Positions 12,346 through 25,297 are shown, numbered from the stretch's first letter. The stretch is 64,000 nucleotides of DNA from Podarcis liolepis (GCA_965112155.1 OZ218105.1), one strand, 5' to 3'. Numbers and translations are program-made. The notes: generated from the sequence alone by a model not told the origin.

Positions 12346-12572
12346 CTTTAGGAAAAAAGAGTGTTACTTCAGCATTTGTTTTTCAAAAATTTAGCTTTGA
12401 GGAAGTAGAGGAAATGACCTTTCAAAAAGCTGAAAATAACTTTTTTGTTACACACAAGAACATTACATGAGACAATACATTAATATTTCAAATAACCTTT
12501 CTTCAAATATTACACATTAATAAAAATTACACATTAATAAAAAACCATGTATTAGCATGTCAAGATCCTTAC

Positions 12573-12645
12573 ATCAATTTCATCTTTGAATGGAGTCCTG
12601 GTTGGTTTATATTCTGGATCTTCATCTTCTCTATCAAAATCACCC
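12573..12645 (-). CDS. CHD7: CHD7 exon 27 ([24 protein letters not shown])
   Basis: Read manually; tgtag|GGG, GAT|gtaagg; 73 bp. Confidence 0.95.
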
Positions 12646-12951
12646 CTACAGGAAATATAATGGGCGGGGGGGGGGGGGGAGAAACACAACTATCAGAGCT
12701 AAAGAACAAATCCTTTCCAAACCTTATTATGCAGTAGCATGAGGGACAATGTTAAATGACCAAAAAAGCTTCTTAATGTCTAATTATATATCCATTAAAA
12801 TGAATCCCAAACTTGCTTTTTAACTACTTCACCATATATGTGGAAACACTGTTATAAGAAAGAGAATCCTCAAACGTGATGCAATAGGTGAAGCCAGGCC
12901 AGTATTTATGATAGTGTTGTAAAGTTTATTAAATTTTTATAATGTCCTTAC

Positions 12952-13081
12952 CCATCACCACCATCTGTTAATATATCTGTTCCTCTCTGCTCAGCAGCTA
13001 TGGCCTTGGCATCAGGCATACCAACACGTTCCAGGAAACAGAGTGTGGAGTCGGCTCTCATTGAATTGTACTTCTCATAGC
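12952..13081 (-). CDS. CHD7: CHD7 exon 26 ([10 protein letters not shown]...TDGGDG)
   Basis: tgcag|GCT, TGG|gtaagg; 130 bp. Confidence 0.96.
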
Positions 13082-13770
13082 CTGCACCCAGACAGAAAAA
13101 CACACCAAGCACCCACAAGTATAAACAAAATAGCTCCATGTGAATGACACTTTTATACTGATGCAGAACGAGAAGACTGCATTTCTACTTTTCCGTTCCC
13201 ATGACATACAAGAATGTATGAAGACAAGTTCTACTTCCACATTTCTACTTCCTTTCATTACAAACAAGAATGTGCCATACACCTGTGGAAAGCATGGAGA
13301 CATTAAAGATTTCCAGGCAGTGTTTGGCTGGGTGAGTGGGCGAGAAAGGCAAAAAATGGGAGCAGTAGCCATGCACAAAGCTTTTTATTAGTTACCCTTT
13401 CACCTCTAGATTTAACATCCCCCAACTCACCTTCCTTTCAATGGTACTAGCCCTATTGAAACTGGCACTTACAGTTGGAAATGCATACATGGGAAAATAC
13501 GTAAGGCCAGCAAACCTGTCTTATTTGGTTTAGGATGATGCATGTCAGTAAGATGACACCGTTCCCTCCATGGTTTTCAAACTGCTGTTTACTTTTCTGT
13601 GCCATCCAAGTTGACTAGATGGAAAATGGCAGATCCCAACAGTGCACAGCAAGAAAATGATTTTTAGACTAGACTTGCCTCAGCTGAGCCCACAAAACAG
13701 AGCTGCTGTACATAGGCAGAACAGCACAATTCAATTAGGATTTGTACTCCAACACACTGTCCTTAACTGC

Positions 13771-14094
13771 NNNNNNNNNNNNNNNNNNNNNNNNNNNNNN
13801 NNNNNNNNNNNNNNNNNNNNNNNNNNNNNNNNNNNNNNNNNNNNNNNNNNNNNNNNNNNNNNNNNNNNNNNNNNNNNNNNNNNNNNNNNNNNNNNNNNNN
13901 NNTGTANNNNNNNNNNNNNNNNNNNNNNNNNNNNNNNNNNNNNNNNNNNNNNNNNNNNNNNNNNNNNNNNNNNNNNNNNNNNNNNNNNNNNNNNNNNNNN
14001 NNNNNNNNNNNNNNNNNNNNNNNNNNNNNNNNNNNNNNNNNNNNNNNNNNNNNNNNNNNNNNNNNNNNNNNNNNNNNNNNNNNNNNNNNNNNNN
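13771..14094. other. N-run with a 4-bp called island (13903-13906)
   Basis: Seen directly. Confidence 0.99.
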
Positions 14095-14404
14095 GCAAGT
14101 GAAACAGTGCTGGAAGCGGAGTTTATGGAGATCTATAATACTACTTGGCTATTATTTAAACAAATATGGTTTTGTGTTATTTACAGCCAAGGAAGTAATG
14201 TTTTCTCCAGAAATGTTCTGCAAACATTTAAAAACAGCATCTGATATTTACAACTCAAATAGATTTTTTTTTCAATGCAGAAGGAAAAAAGGAGCGAGAA
14301 GCCAACAATTCTTTGGAACTACACTTGTTAATATTGTGACTGAATATTGGTATACACAGAAAGCTTTTACCAAGGAGTTCTGTTCGAAGTGAGACATCAC
14401 TTAC

Positions 14405-14508
14405 CATGCTTGAACACTCCAATTAAAAGGGATTTATCTGCCTCCTTATCCCACCAGTCTGTAGGAACTTCAGCATGAAATGGCTCAGGAATCCAAATAT
14501 CAGCCTCA
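14405..14508 (-). CDS. CHD7: CHD7 exon 25 ([35 protein letters not shown])
   Basis: Read manually; tatag|TGA (phase 2), ATG|gtaagt; 104 bp. Confidence 0.96.
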
Positions 14509-14939
14509 CTATAAAAAGAATTACACATTTGGAAATACCTCTGAAGGTTAGGTATCACATTTAAATGTGTTCACACTAAGTGTTGGAAGAGCAAACTTGA
14601 TTACACAAGGCATCAAGATACTTGAAAAATCCCAAAGTGGTTATAAACAATAGAAGTGTTAATATTATTTATTGATTAATACTTTCCCCTCTCTAAAATA
14701 TTTATATTAAATATTAGAATCTGACCCACCCTATCAAAGCAGGTATTAATGAATTTTTCCTCCCTATGAAATGAAAAATCCCCATTATCCATCTTCTATT
14801 CACCCTCACCAACCACACTCAAAGCATGAAATGATAAAATGCCCTGAACTGCTAAATCTTTAAATTCCTCTGATCTAAAATAAATATGCACAGGTTACAG
14901 CTCGCATAAAGCAACATATCAACCTAAATTTGCACTAAC

Positions 14940-14988
14940 CTTGAGTCAGCACCCTCCAAGATCTTGTCAGCTTGGTCCCCTATAACTT
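14940..14988 (-). CDS. CHD7: CHD7 exon 24, visible 3' part (VIGDQADKILEGADSS); 5' part lies in N-run
   Basis: Read manually; AAG|gttagt donor; sequence enters Ns at 14989. Confidence 0.9.
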
Positions 14989-15528
14989 NNNNNNNNNNNN
15001 NNNNNNNNNNNNNNNNNNNNNNNNNNNNNNNNNNNNNNNNNNNNNNNNNNNNNNNNNNNNNNNNNNNNNNNNNNNNNNNNNNNNNNNNNNNNNNNNNNNN
15101 NNNNNNNNNNNNNNNNNNNNNNNNNNNNNNNNNNNNNNNNNNNNNNNNNNNNNNNNNNNNNNNNNNNNNNNNNNNNNNNNNNNNNNNNNNNNNNNNNNNN
15201 NNNNNNNNNNNNNNNNNNNNNNNNNNNNNNNNNNNNNNNNNNNNNNNNACAGAGAGGGATCGAGCTCAGCCCAACCNNNNNNNNNNNNNNNNNNNNNNNN
15301 NNNNNNNNNNNNNNNNNNNNNNNNNNNNNNNNNNNNNNNNNNNNNNNNNNNNNNNNNNNNNNNNNNNNNNNNNNNNNNNNNNNNNNNNNNNNNNNNNNNN
15401 NNNNNNNNNNNNNNNNNNNNNNNNNNNNNNNNNNNNNNNNNNNNNNNNNNNNNNNNNNNNNNNNNNNNNNNNNNNNNNNNNNNNNNNNNNNNNNNNNNNN
15501 NNNNNNNNNNNNNNNNNNNNNNNNNNNN
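14989..15528. other. N-run with a 28-bp island (15249-15276); hides the 5' part of exon 24
   Basis: Seen directly. Confidence 0.99.
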
Positions 15529-15834
15529 GGAATGTCAGGCTTGTTACGATTGTACAATTTTTTGCTTCTGAGAACGGAAAAGTCAGTGTTTCCTAAAGAC
15601 AGGATTTTTTTTAAAAAAAAGTTCACCCAAATTTACTACTATTTCACCTGCCTAGATTGGATGACAACGGAATGTAACCTAGTTCAAATTTACAATGTAA
15701 CACCTCTGACATGCTGTAAAACTGTTTTGGAGCTATAATCGTATGCTCCCAGTCAAAGATTAAATTGATATAACCAAACACACAATTATATTCACTCCCA
15801 ATGATGCTAGAAAACTATCTGAAAATGGGAAAAA

Positions 15835-17185
15835 CTATTATTTATTAATCTAAAATACTTCTATGCTGCATTTATTGAACATTGCAAGGCGGTGTACAAC
15901 AATAATATAAAACAATTCAATAAAATAAACATTAAAACTACATGAATACAGCAACAACCAGAACAATTTGAAAAATGGGTATCAATGGCCAGAAGATGAT
16001 TGGGCAAATAACGATGTTTCTACCAAGAGCTGAAAACATTTCAGTTAGCACCTGCCTTCTTTAAGAAGAAAGACTATTCCACAAACTGAGTGCTACCACA
16101 GAAAAAGCCCTCATCTGGGTTGCCACAGGATGGATTTCAGCAGGTAGTAGGAGGGTATCAGCTAAATAGCTTTATGAATGGGCAGGTCTATATGGAAGAA
16201 GGTGTAATCTCAGGTAATATGGCTCCCAAGTTCTTTAGGTTGAAACTTGGGTCAGCAACAGATTGGCAGTTAAAGCAATTTCTTTTAATGGTGTATCACA
16301 TGTTCATTGTAGGTAACTTCACCTAATAACTGTAGGCACCTTTGTCTAGACTGTCCTAGGGTTACCAGTGCATGGATCCAGTGCTATTTTTCAAGAAAAA
16401 GAAGTGCCGGAGCCCACCGTGAACCTTGTTCTTTTATAATGGCAATGGCGCCCATCTGAGAAGTTCCGGAACTGAGTTCCTGTGAGTTCCAGCTGAAAAA
16501 AAGCCCTGAATGGATCATTGTGTCCAAGTTACCTCAGCCAGGAACAGATGTAACCTATGTTTCAACTGAAGGTGGTAAAAGGCTTGTTTTGGGCCTTCAG
16601 TGACAATGATGGCTCAAGAAGCACCCATCAGACTACATATCTATTCCTTCAAGGGGAGAGGAACCCTGTTCAGAACAGGCAATATGCCTAATTCCCAGAG
16701 CTGGAGATCACTCGCCCAAAGGACCTCCACGTTATCACAATTCAACTTCAGCTTACTGGACCTCACTCAGCCCACTAATATATCCAGACACTAGTCCAGG
16801 ACATGCATGTCCACTCACACATAACACAGCAACAGAGCTGGGTGTTTTCAACATTCTGACTGCTTGTCAGCAGCTTCATATAGATGTTGAACAGCACTCG
16901 GGACAATACATTACCTGTAGCATCCCACAGCACCGCTGCCAGGGGTCAGGGGTGCAGTCATCTAAAGTCACTCTCTGGAACTCTCCCTATAGATAGAAAC
17001 CGGTCTATACAGTGCCTTAAACCTGCAACCTACCAAGCCAGTCCAGTATGACACCAAGGTCAATAGTATCAAAAGGCCACTGAGAGATCTAGCAGAAGCA
17101 ACAGGGCCACATTTCCTCTGTCCTTTTCCTGATTAAGGGTGACCAAGTCCAATTCAGTCCCAAAACCAGATGCTTAAATTATCCT
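15835..17185 (-). mobile_element. Degraded L2-clade LINE (RT region to 3' tail), interrupted by a MITE
   Basis: A/T-rich tail near 15840; reverse-strand remnants of RT motifs (AFDTID near 17060-17075, G.PSTVFNIYM near 16875-16925); boundaries approximate. Confidence 0.7.
16379..16508. mobile_element. hAT-type MITE, 130 bp
   Basis: Termini CAGTGCTATTTTT / AAAAAAAGCCCTG; 8-bp TSD CATGGATC / AATGGATC (7/8). Confidence 0.88.
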
Positions 17186-17189
17186 TAGC

Positions 17190-17560
17190 CAATGTACCAA
17201 TGTGGAGGGATTACAGGAGTGGGTGATGGCCCGAGAAGATTGGCTAGGGAAAGCCTGTACCCCAGACTGAAGGAGATGGCCATTCCTGATTTAGCACAGA
17301 TAAAAAAACAACTACTCACAGAATGGGCCTGCTCAAGATACAGTGGAATCTTGAGAAGTTCTAAAAAATTATAATAATTTATAACAATATGGTGCTCATG
17401 GTACAGAAAAATGAGTACCATCACACTTTTATCTTCTTGGGTTTGTAAAAAGTGAAGAAATATCCATGACCTTGAGGGGCTCCTGGATCTGAATACAGCA
17501 AGCTGTGTAAGTTCTGCTTCATACATTATAGTATCTGGATGCAAAGCATTGGCACAACTT
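17190..17560 (+). mobile_element. Possible degraded L1/Tx1-like LINE fragment
   Basis: Weak resemblance of RLARESLYPRLKEMAIPDLAQ to the L1 ORF2 post-RT region. Confidence 0.3.
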
Positions 17561-19370
17561 CTTATACTTCTAGTTTCTTTACTTCTACAGAAACTTCTTC
17601 ATTAGTTACTTCTGTGCTCAAAACATGCAGTTCACCTAGGGTCATGTCACCAGGTTGAATGTACATCTAGCCAAAGACAAGTCTGCAATGTCTATGGATG
17701 TGACATAGAAAAACCACCACATCTGTTATTCAGTAGGGCACCCAATAAATAATACGCATACAAGCACAATGACTGGGATACAAAGAGCAACATTAGACAT
17801 GCCCGAGGGCTTCTGCTCACCCAGTGGAATTTTTGACTTGTTTTTCTTTAATGCCATATCACAAACTGCTTTTATAACTCTGCTCAGTTTCAGAAACATT
17901 TTGCCATATAGATTTTTTTTTTGGGGGGGGAGTGATGGAGAGAAGGGAAGAAGGGATGAAGGAGATGCTCAAGGAACACAAGCAAGTCCAAGGCATACAT
18001 CTATCAGCTGTACCTCTTGAGAAAGTGCCCCAAATAACCTATATACAGCACCAAGGCACTTTAAGGAGCAGCAGCAGCATTTTTAAGCAGCTGAATGTAC
18101 GGTACTACAGGTTAATACTGTGGAAATATATAGCATGCAGATAAAAGCACAAACTTTTTCCATTAAGATTTGTAGACTCTTTATTCACCAATTAAAGCAA
18201 CTCTAGAAAAGAGATGGCTATTTCCCCTTCTCTCCCCCCCCCCCATTTCACTCTTCCAGGATTTAATTTGCTTCTGTACGGCAATTAGCCATTCTTGGTG
18301 TAAGAAGCAAATAGTAAGTAGGCAAAGAAGATGCTCTGACAGAGTTTTCTGCATAACTCTAAACTACATTGTTTTACACTTACAGAAATAATATTTACAA
18401 AAGGTGAGATTGGAATGATTTTAATCTGTAGTTTAGATCTTCCTATACTGTAATGCAACAAGAGGACAGGACACCAAGTCTATACTGCAAGACACACATT
18501 TGAACAGGCACTGAATGCTACAAGTGGATTTTATGGAGGCTGCTTAAATTGTATACAGTGGGTTTGTTATGAACTCATCATCAGGTTGTTAAGTGAAATG
18601 TTTTCTTTGCTCAAGACAACAAATCCTTATAAATGTTTCAGCCTGATCCCACTCATATTTACTTTAAAGTTCTATTGATTTCAATGACGCTCATTTCCAA
18701 GTAAGATTACAACCTATATCTGTTCTCTCCCCAAAACACCCACAGGACACTTTGCATTGCTTAATACTTTCTTTGAGTAGCATGATAGGATTAATGTCAT
18801 ACACACGGTACACGAGTAGCAGTAAGCTATAGCACTCCAATGAATTTACAACCCCCCATTTTTACATATCAGTATCATTCATAAGAATACCATAAATCAA
18901 TCTGGTATACTTGTGAAAGCATCTTACCAAGTATTTAAACAAACAGAGAAAGCTAGAGGAAAGGTAGCAATTTATACAGATAAATTTGTAGAGAAATCAT
19001 TTTGGCTCTTGACACCTGGGGTGTGTTTTTCCCTAGGACCAATCTTATTCACATTAGGATGAAGTGCAGGCAATAAATGATTATCATGATGGTGATAACA
19101 GATGCAAGGAACATTTTTGCCATGACAGTTACCCACACTTCTTTGTGATAAAATAAAAACTGCATCCTTAGAAGGCTTGATTAAAATTAATCACTCAGAG
19201 AAAGCTTGTTAACAGCCAAGTCAACTTTGGAGCTGATTAGTGATATACCACAAATTAAATGCAATAGCCACAGCAATCTATAGGGTCTTTGCATGGTACT
19301 AAGATATGAATACTGAGAAAACATCAAAGTCTAGGTCATTGGGTAAAAGCAAGGAAATTTAGAAACTTAC

Positions 19371-19530
19371 TTATTACAGTGATGTTTGAGGTGTTTCTTA
19401 TAGCTGTCCTCCTGAAATAAGGCATCTGGGTTACAACTTGCAAGCCAGTCAGCGTTCTGTAGCACAGGTTGTGCACTCTGGGCTTTCACTTTTTTGCCTT
19501 TTCTTCCCCTGGGCACTGGAGCAGACAAGC
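19371..19530 (-). CDS. CHD7: CHD7 exon 23 ([13 protein letters not shown]...KHHCNK)
   Basis: cttag|GCT, TAA|gtaagt (phase 2, not an in-frame stop); 160 bp. Confidence 0.96.
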
Positions 19531-20542
19531 CTAAGAAACACACACATGCATGCTTTTTCAACAGAAAGCATTAGCACTGATTCTATGTCCAAGGGGGACA
19601 CCCATCTGTGAAATCACTTTCATATAGCTCTTCTTTCAGCATTCACTCCTGACAAACTGCAAAGTGCGCACAGAGTGACATGTGGAAAGCTAATTCTCAT
19701 TCACTATTGCATTACTGTCCGTGAGACTACAATCAGGGTTGCAGGTGCAGGAAGGTATGGCAGAAACAAAGTCAAGTACAGAATGTAGTACTTGTAGCAC
19801 AATTCAACATCCTAAGAATCTCAGCTTTTATTCTCAATCCTGTTGTGCTATAAAGGCGACCCCAGCAGCTGTTTTAAATATTTGTTAAACCCTTTTTAAA
19901 AGAAAAAAAAGGGGGGAAAGAAATTTGGAACCAATTTAGTTGCCTTTTGATGTTAGCCATCACCCCTGCCCTTTCAGGGTTCGCTCCCTTCAAAAAAATA
20001 TGCTTAACTTTCCAAGTTATTAGCAGTCCAATTTACCCTTATTGAAATGAGTCAAAAATGAAACTGCTAAACACCTAAGTCAGCTAACTAGGGTCCATTT
20101 CTTCCACAACAACTTCTCAAAAGTTGTTTTGAAAAATGCCACCATCATAAATTTGGTTTTAATTTGTACCAATTCAAGAGCACTGTGATTTTTTTTTTTT
20201 GAAAAAAATACTTTTGTACATTCATGCCCCCCGCCCCCCAAAAAGTCATTATAAGAAAGGACTGCATGGATCTGTTCGTTACCTGGAACAAATGTTACAA
20301 CAGGGAGTTTATTCTGGTTTTCCCATCTCAAAGTCAACACCAAGCCACCGCACCAAATATGGTGATTAAGTTGTTATGGCACCACAAATTCCAGCATGCC
20401 TGACCACTGGCCATGCTGGCCGAGGCTGATGGGAGCTAGAGCCCAGCATCTAGGGAGCCACAAGTTCCCCATCTCAGCTTTAGAACGCTGTGCTAGGCAT
20501 GCTACAGAGTTTGATACAAAAGAAAAATGTGCAGAAGCCTAC

Positions 20543-20742
20543 CAGAATGGTTAACCAAGGCTCGTGTTTGTCCATCTGCAGTGGGAGTGATTAGATCCCA
20601 GACAAAACTTTTGATGTTTTCATCCCCTTTGTAATGATTGAGACAATACACAAGGATTGTTCGGCAGATGGTTTCCACATCTTGTTCTGTTAGTTGGCGT
20701 TTATAGCGCCCATGTGAGAGGATATCAGTCCATCGTCCCCAA
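20543..20742 (-). CDS. CHD7: CHD7 exon 22 ([11 protein letters not shown]...LVNHSG)
   Basis: tgtag|TTG, CTG|gtaggc; 200 bp. Confidence 0.96.
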
Positions 20743-21245
20743 CTACAAGAAAAATAGAAAGGGTACATACCTAGAACTGGATTTCACATTTTGACATTAG
20801 CTCCCAAATGACAGCTAGAATGGGGCTTCTGGTGTTAGCATTAAATACATTTTGAATTTGCAGGTCACATCAGGGAATCCAGTTTCTAGCACCAAGGACT
20901 TAAGAATATTTATTTTACTGAGCAGGCAGCAAGTTCACTGCTCATAAAAGCCACAATTTAACTATACTGGAAATAATAAAATACACATGTTTAATGCCAA
21001 TAGCCCTTATAGGCTCAGAGCAGGAAAATCTATTCAGGAAATTCTATTCCAGAGCTGTTTCTGCAGTCTTGAGATTTGGGGATCAATTTGAGCTTGATCC
21101 TGTAATCCTTTATTTGTAATAACTGTATACAACTTTATAGGAGCAAAGTTTAGACAGAGGCTCTTAATCTCACCTTAATGGTAGTTCATTAAGGCAGTCT
21201 GGCTAAATTTACGGCAGTAAGTCATTTGAGGCTCGTTTTACTTAC

Positions 21246-21451
21246 CCATAAACCAACAGATTCTTTTCCACCCTAAAGCATTCACTTCGTGCATAACCCT
21301 GAGATTTGTCCTGTGGTCTACGGGGTTTTATACTGGGTTTTTCTTCAGAATCACTTTCCAGATCAGAAAATTCCATCAGTTCATCTTCTTTGACTGCACT
21401 GTATAGTCTAGTTTGCTTTCTTACCCTTGGTGTATCAATAACTAGGTTGTT
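21246..21451 (-). CDS. CHD7: CHD7 exon 21 ([13 protein letters not shown]...EKNLLVYG)
   Basis: Read manually; tatag|AAC, TGG|gtaagt; 206 bp. Confidence 0.96.
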
Positions 21452-21548
21452 CTATAATTAAAAAAGAGATGTTTTGTTTGTTTGTTTGTTTTTTAAAAAA
21501 AATCACATTATAGTGATCTAAAAGTATTTAATGGTTTCATTCTCTCAC

Positions 21549-21659
21549 CCTTCCATTTAAGGCATCAATGTCAAGCTCAGCTTTTTTTGCCCACTTCTGC
21601 CAGAAGTTAGGATCATCCAGTGAAATGTCTGTTCTGTTACCAGATGCAACAAAACTAGC
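21549..21659 (-). CDS. CHD7: CHD7 exon 20 ([37 protein letters not shown])
   Basis: Read manually; tttag|GCT, AGG|gtgaga; 111 bp. Confidence 0.96.
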
Positions 21660-21774
21660 CTAAAATACAACAATTATCTCCAATCAATATTCAAAGATAT
21701 ATATTAACAAAAATAAATAAATATGAATTTATTCACCTTGGGTTTTTTACATCTATGGTATAACAATGTAAGTA

Positions 21775-22012
21775 CAGTGGACCCTTGAGTTATGTACCAC
21801 TCTGGATACGTAACTTTTGGGTTGTGAACGCAGCAAACCTGGAAGTGTATATTTCCGGGTTTTGCCGCTCGCGCATGTGCAGAAGCGCTCTGTGTGCCGC
21901 ACACATGCACAGAAGCGCTTTATTGTGCGGAAGCGGCACCTCCAGGTATGGACTTTTCAGGTTAAGTACGGACCTCCGGAACAAATTTAATTCGTATCCG
22001 GAGGGTCCACTG
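21775..22012. mobile_element. Tc1/mariner-pogo-type MITE
   Basis: TIR CAGTGGACCCT / AGGGTCCACTG, TA on both sides; CpG-rich interior with repeated CATG..CAGAAGCGCT. Confidence 0.88.
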
Positions 22013-23226
22013 TAAAATACCTATAAAAATAAAGGCAGTCAAGTTGCGTTTATAAGGAAAAACTCCCCCCCCCAATCCATAGTTGAGCAATACCTGTGTT
22101 AGAACCAACCAAAACACCACAAAACAGTGAGCAACCTTTTGACTTCTCTACAGCTCTGTGAGGCTCGATATCTGTGGGGGGTGGGATTAAAATCAACTGT
22201 TTGGATGTTGCAGCCATGAGGCCTGCACTTTGAATTAAAGTCTGCTAGGTGCTGCAGGTATCAAGTTATAAATTAAGCAATGGTTGGGCCCCTTTTTTGA
22301 CAACAAAGTCAGGTACTCTGATGGGCTACCTGCAGGTGCTTGAGACTGTAAATAACTAAGTGTCTGAATGTTGGGTAGATATGCTTTCTCTTAAAATGTA
22401 AAATTCCCTTTGGAAAAAAAGACCTGTTCTATTCTCAGCGATAGGGCAAAGATCTCTTGCAGAGCAGCAAAAACTGGAGAAGAGGGGGTTGGATGACTGC
22501 TTTGATATGTGCATGTGCATGCTTATCTGTGCGCACAATGTGCATTTTACTCCATATATTCCCAAAGGGTTGTAGCCTTCTCTATAAACCATTGATGGAG
22601 ACACATTTTAAGCCGCTATGAATTGCTACTGCTTATCTGTACAAAGAACTTTGCAATAAGGGTCTGCAAGCTCTAGGCCCATCTCCACTTTTCATCTAGT
22701 TTTAAGATGCAACAGACTACACTCCTGTCTGCAACTGCCATCAATGCTTACTGCTGATATGCCATGAAGAATGGGGTTAAGTGCTCCAATAACCAAAACA
22801 CATATTCTCTACGGCCATTTGTGTCAGCTTTAGATCTGAAATCTAAACTGCTTTGAAATCTGTAAACTGCTTTGAAATTTATCTATTTTTACATTTAAGT
22901 GGTATATAATTTTTTAAAAAAGAAAGTAAGAGAAGAATTAGTCTGTCAAGGCCTATTTATGTTCTTCTGAAATTTTCAAACTGTCCTCTGTGGGGCTCAC
23001 AGACATACAAAGAGCATGATTTTGAGGCTGCATTTGTGTCAACACACACTTGTGCAGGACTGAGGAAAATTTTGGAATATATTTTGGCATAGTGACTCCT
23101 TAGGTCCTGCTTGCCTTGTGGGATAGAAGGGTTTTAAGCTATAAAGAGGCACACCAAGAGACAAAAGATCACTCAACGTACGTTTCCATTTATACAAAAA
23201 ACAACCCCATAAATGTTAATGCTCAC

Positions 23227-23406
23227 CTTTGCAAATGTAGAGCCTTTGCCCTCAGACTCAATAGTGATTGTGTGTGTCCGCCTCAAAAGAATCTGATCTA
23301 TATCCTCCTCGCAGAATTTGGAACCTTCATCCTCTTCATCCATTAGAGCACCATAAGCACCTTTCCTCAATAGATCTTCTATCTCTTTTTTAGATAGTTG
23401 CTGTAC
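23227..23406 (-). CDS. CHD7: CHD7 exon 19 ([16 protein letters not shown]...STFAK)
   Basis: tacag|GTA, AAG|gtgagc; 180 bp. Confidence 0.97.
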
Positions 23407-23869
23407 CTGTAATATGTGCGCAAAAGAAATAGCTCTTGTTAAAATTATGTAAAACAGTTTACAATCAGCTTTCTCCACACACAAAAAAAAACTGATTTAA
23501 GAAATGTTTACTAAATTCAAAGAAAAGACTTCTAACAGTCTTCTTTTGGGATGGGGAGGCAAAACTAGAACACAGTTTAGGAGGAATATTGAAGCTCTGC
23601 CTGCCATGATCCCAGTAATAATGAGCCCTCCCAACGGATGCTTTTCACATTTTTTAAAAAAGTACATTAAATGTAAAAATAGATCATGTCTGGTTTTTTT
23701 ATTTCATAAAATTTATATTCTGCTTGATTGTAAGAAAAAACCCCAAAGCGGTTTACAAAAAGAATAAAAGTATGTGCACAACTCAAGCTCTTCGATGAAA
23801 TTAGAATATATGGAAAGTGCACTGCAAATTTAGGTGGCTTTTGAATGAATATATTAATGCTATTCTTAC

Positions 23870-24037
23870 CCCATTTGTAGCATTCTCTCTTCCACTCATG
23901 GACTGAAGCACAGCCTTATCAAGACCAAGTTTCAAACTTGCTTTGTCAAACATTTCTCTTTCATAAGAATTTCTTGTTATCAGCCTGTAGATTTTCACTG
24001 ACTTGCTCTGTCCTATCCTGTGACATCGAGCTTGAGC
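23870..24037 (-). CDS. CHD7: CHD7 exon 18 ([10 protein letters not shown]...ENATNG)
   Basis: tccag|GCT, GGG|gtaaga; 168 bp. Confidence 0.97.
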
Positions 24038-24113
24038 CTGGAAAAATATGGAATTGTTACCATGTTTCAGTTTGTAGAAAAGCAGCATGTATAACCCTTA
24101 GAACAATCATTTA

Positions 24114-24455
<342 letters not shown>

Positions 24456-24574
24456 TTACAAACAGAACCAAAAAACAAGGCGAGTATCTCTGCAAAGAAT
24501 TTAGGGGGGAAATCAACATTATGTACTTAAACAAGTACAATATTTATAGTTGTGCTCCTCACCCCATAACTTTT

Positions 24575-24696
24575 AAATCTTGCTGCCCCAGTTGCAACAA
24601 AACATGTCTCTCTCGTATCAGTCTCTACAGTCACAGCAGGCTCTGTAACTTTCCAATGGTTTGACTTCACCCCTGAAGGCAGATGAATGCCAACCA
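24575..24696 (+). mobile_element. RTE-clade LINE extreme 3' fragment
   Basis: Encodes CPSCNKTCLSRISLYSHSRLC, the Cys/His motif typical of RTE ORF C-termini, followed by a short 3' UTR. Confidence 0.65.
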
Positions 24697-25297
24697 GCCC
24701 AGGCTCAAATGGTAGAGTGTAAAGGGAAGCAAATATAAAGAGGAGATAGAATTCACTCCCATTTTCTGCCTTTAGCAAATGTTTCCCTTGTTTTCAAACT
24801 TGATTTCAAAATCACATTGACAATAATCTTGCATTTTCCTGAAAGCATGAGTGCAAGTTAACAAAATAACTTGGTTAAGAAAATACTCATGCTATCGATT
24901 TCTTGCTCTGTTTTAATATTTCAGCCAGCATTAAGAGGCAGCAGAAGAATAAAGGTACAGAATATTTTTGTATTAGCTTGGTTAGCTTGTGAGTAATATT
25001 TACGACCGAATATGTCTTTAGTAGAAAACACATTTTTATCCTATTCATAATGTGCACCAGTTATTCTAAAAGTCAAAGTCATGGTTGTCAAGCCTAACCA
25101 TGAATATAATGGTGGTCTGTTATGATTGTGAGTGAAAGGTTACAACCAACAGAACAATTATTGCTATACTTATCCACTTTCCCATTTCATGATGTTAAGC
25201 GCCTGTTTCATTGTTTCCACATTTTGCAATACAGGTTAAATACTTGATAGCACGTTGAATAACTGCTATTTCCTAGAATTGGATTATATTTTTCTCA

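Noticed and set aside
13642-15626. Long ORFs full of X (also near 25300 and 58800-59300)
   Set aside because: Artefacts of N-runs.
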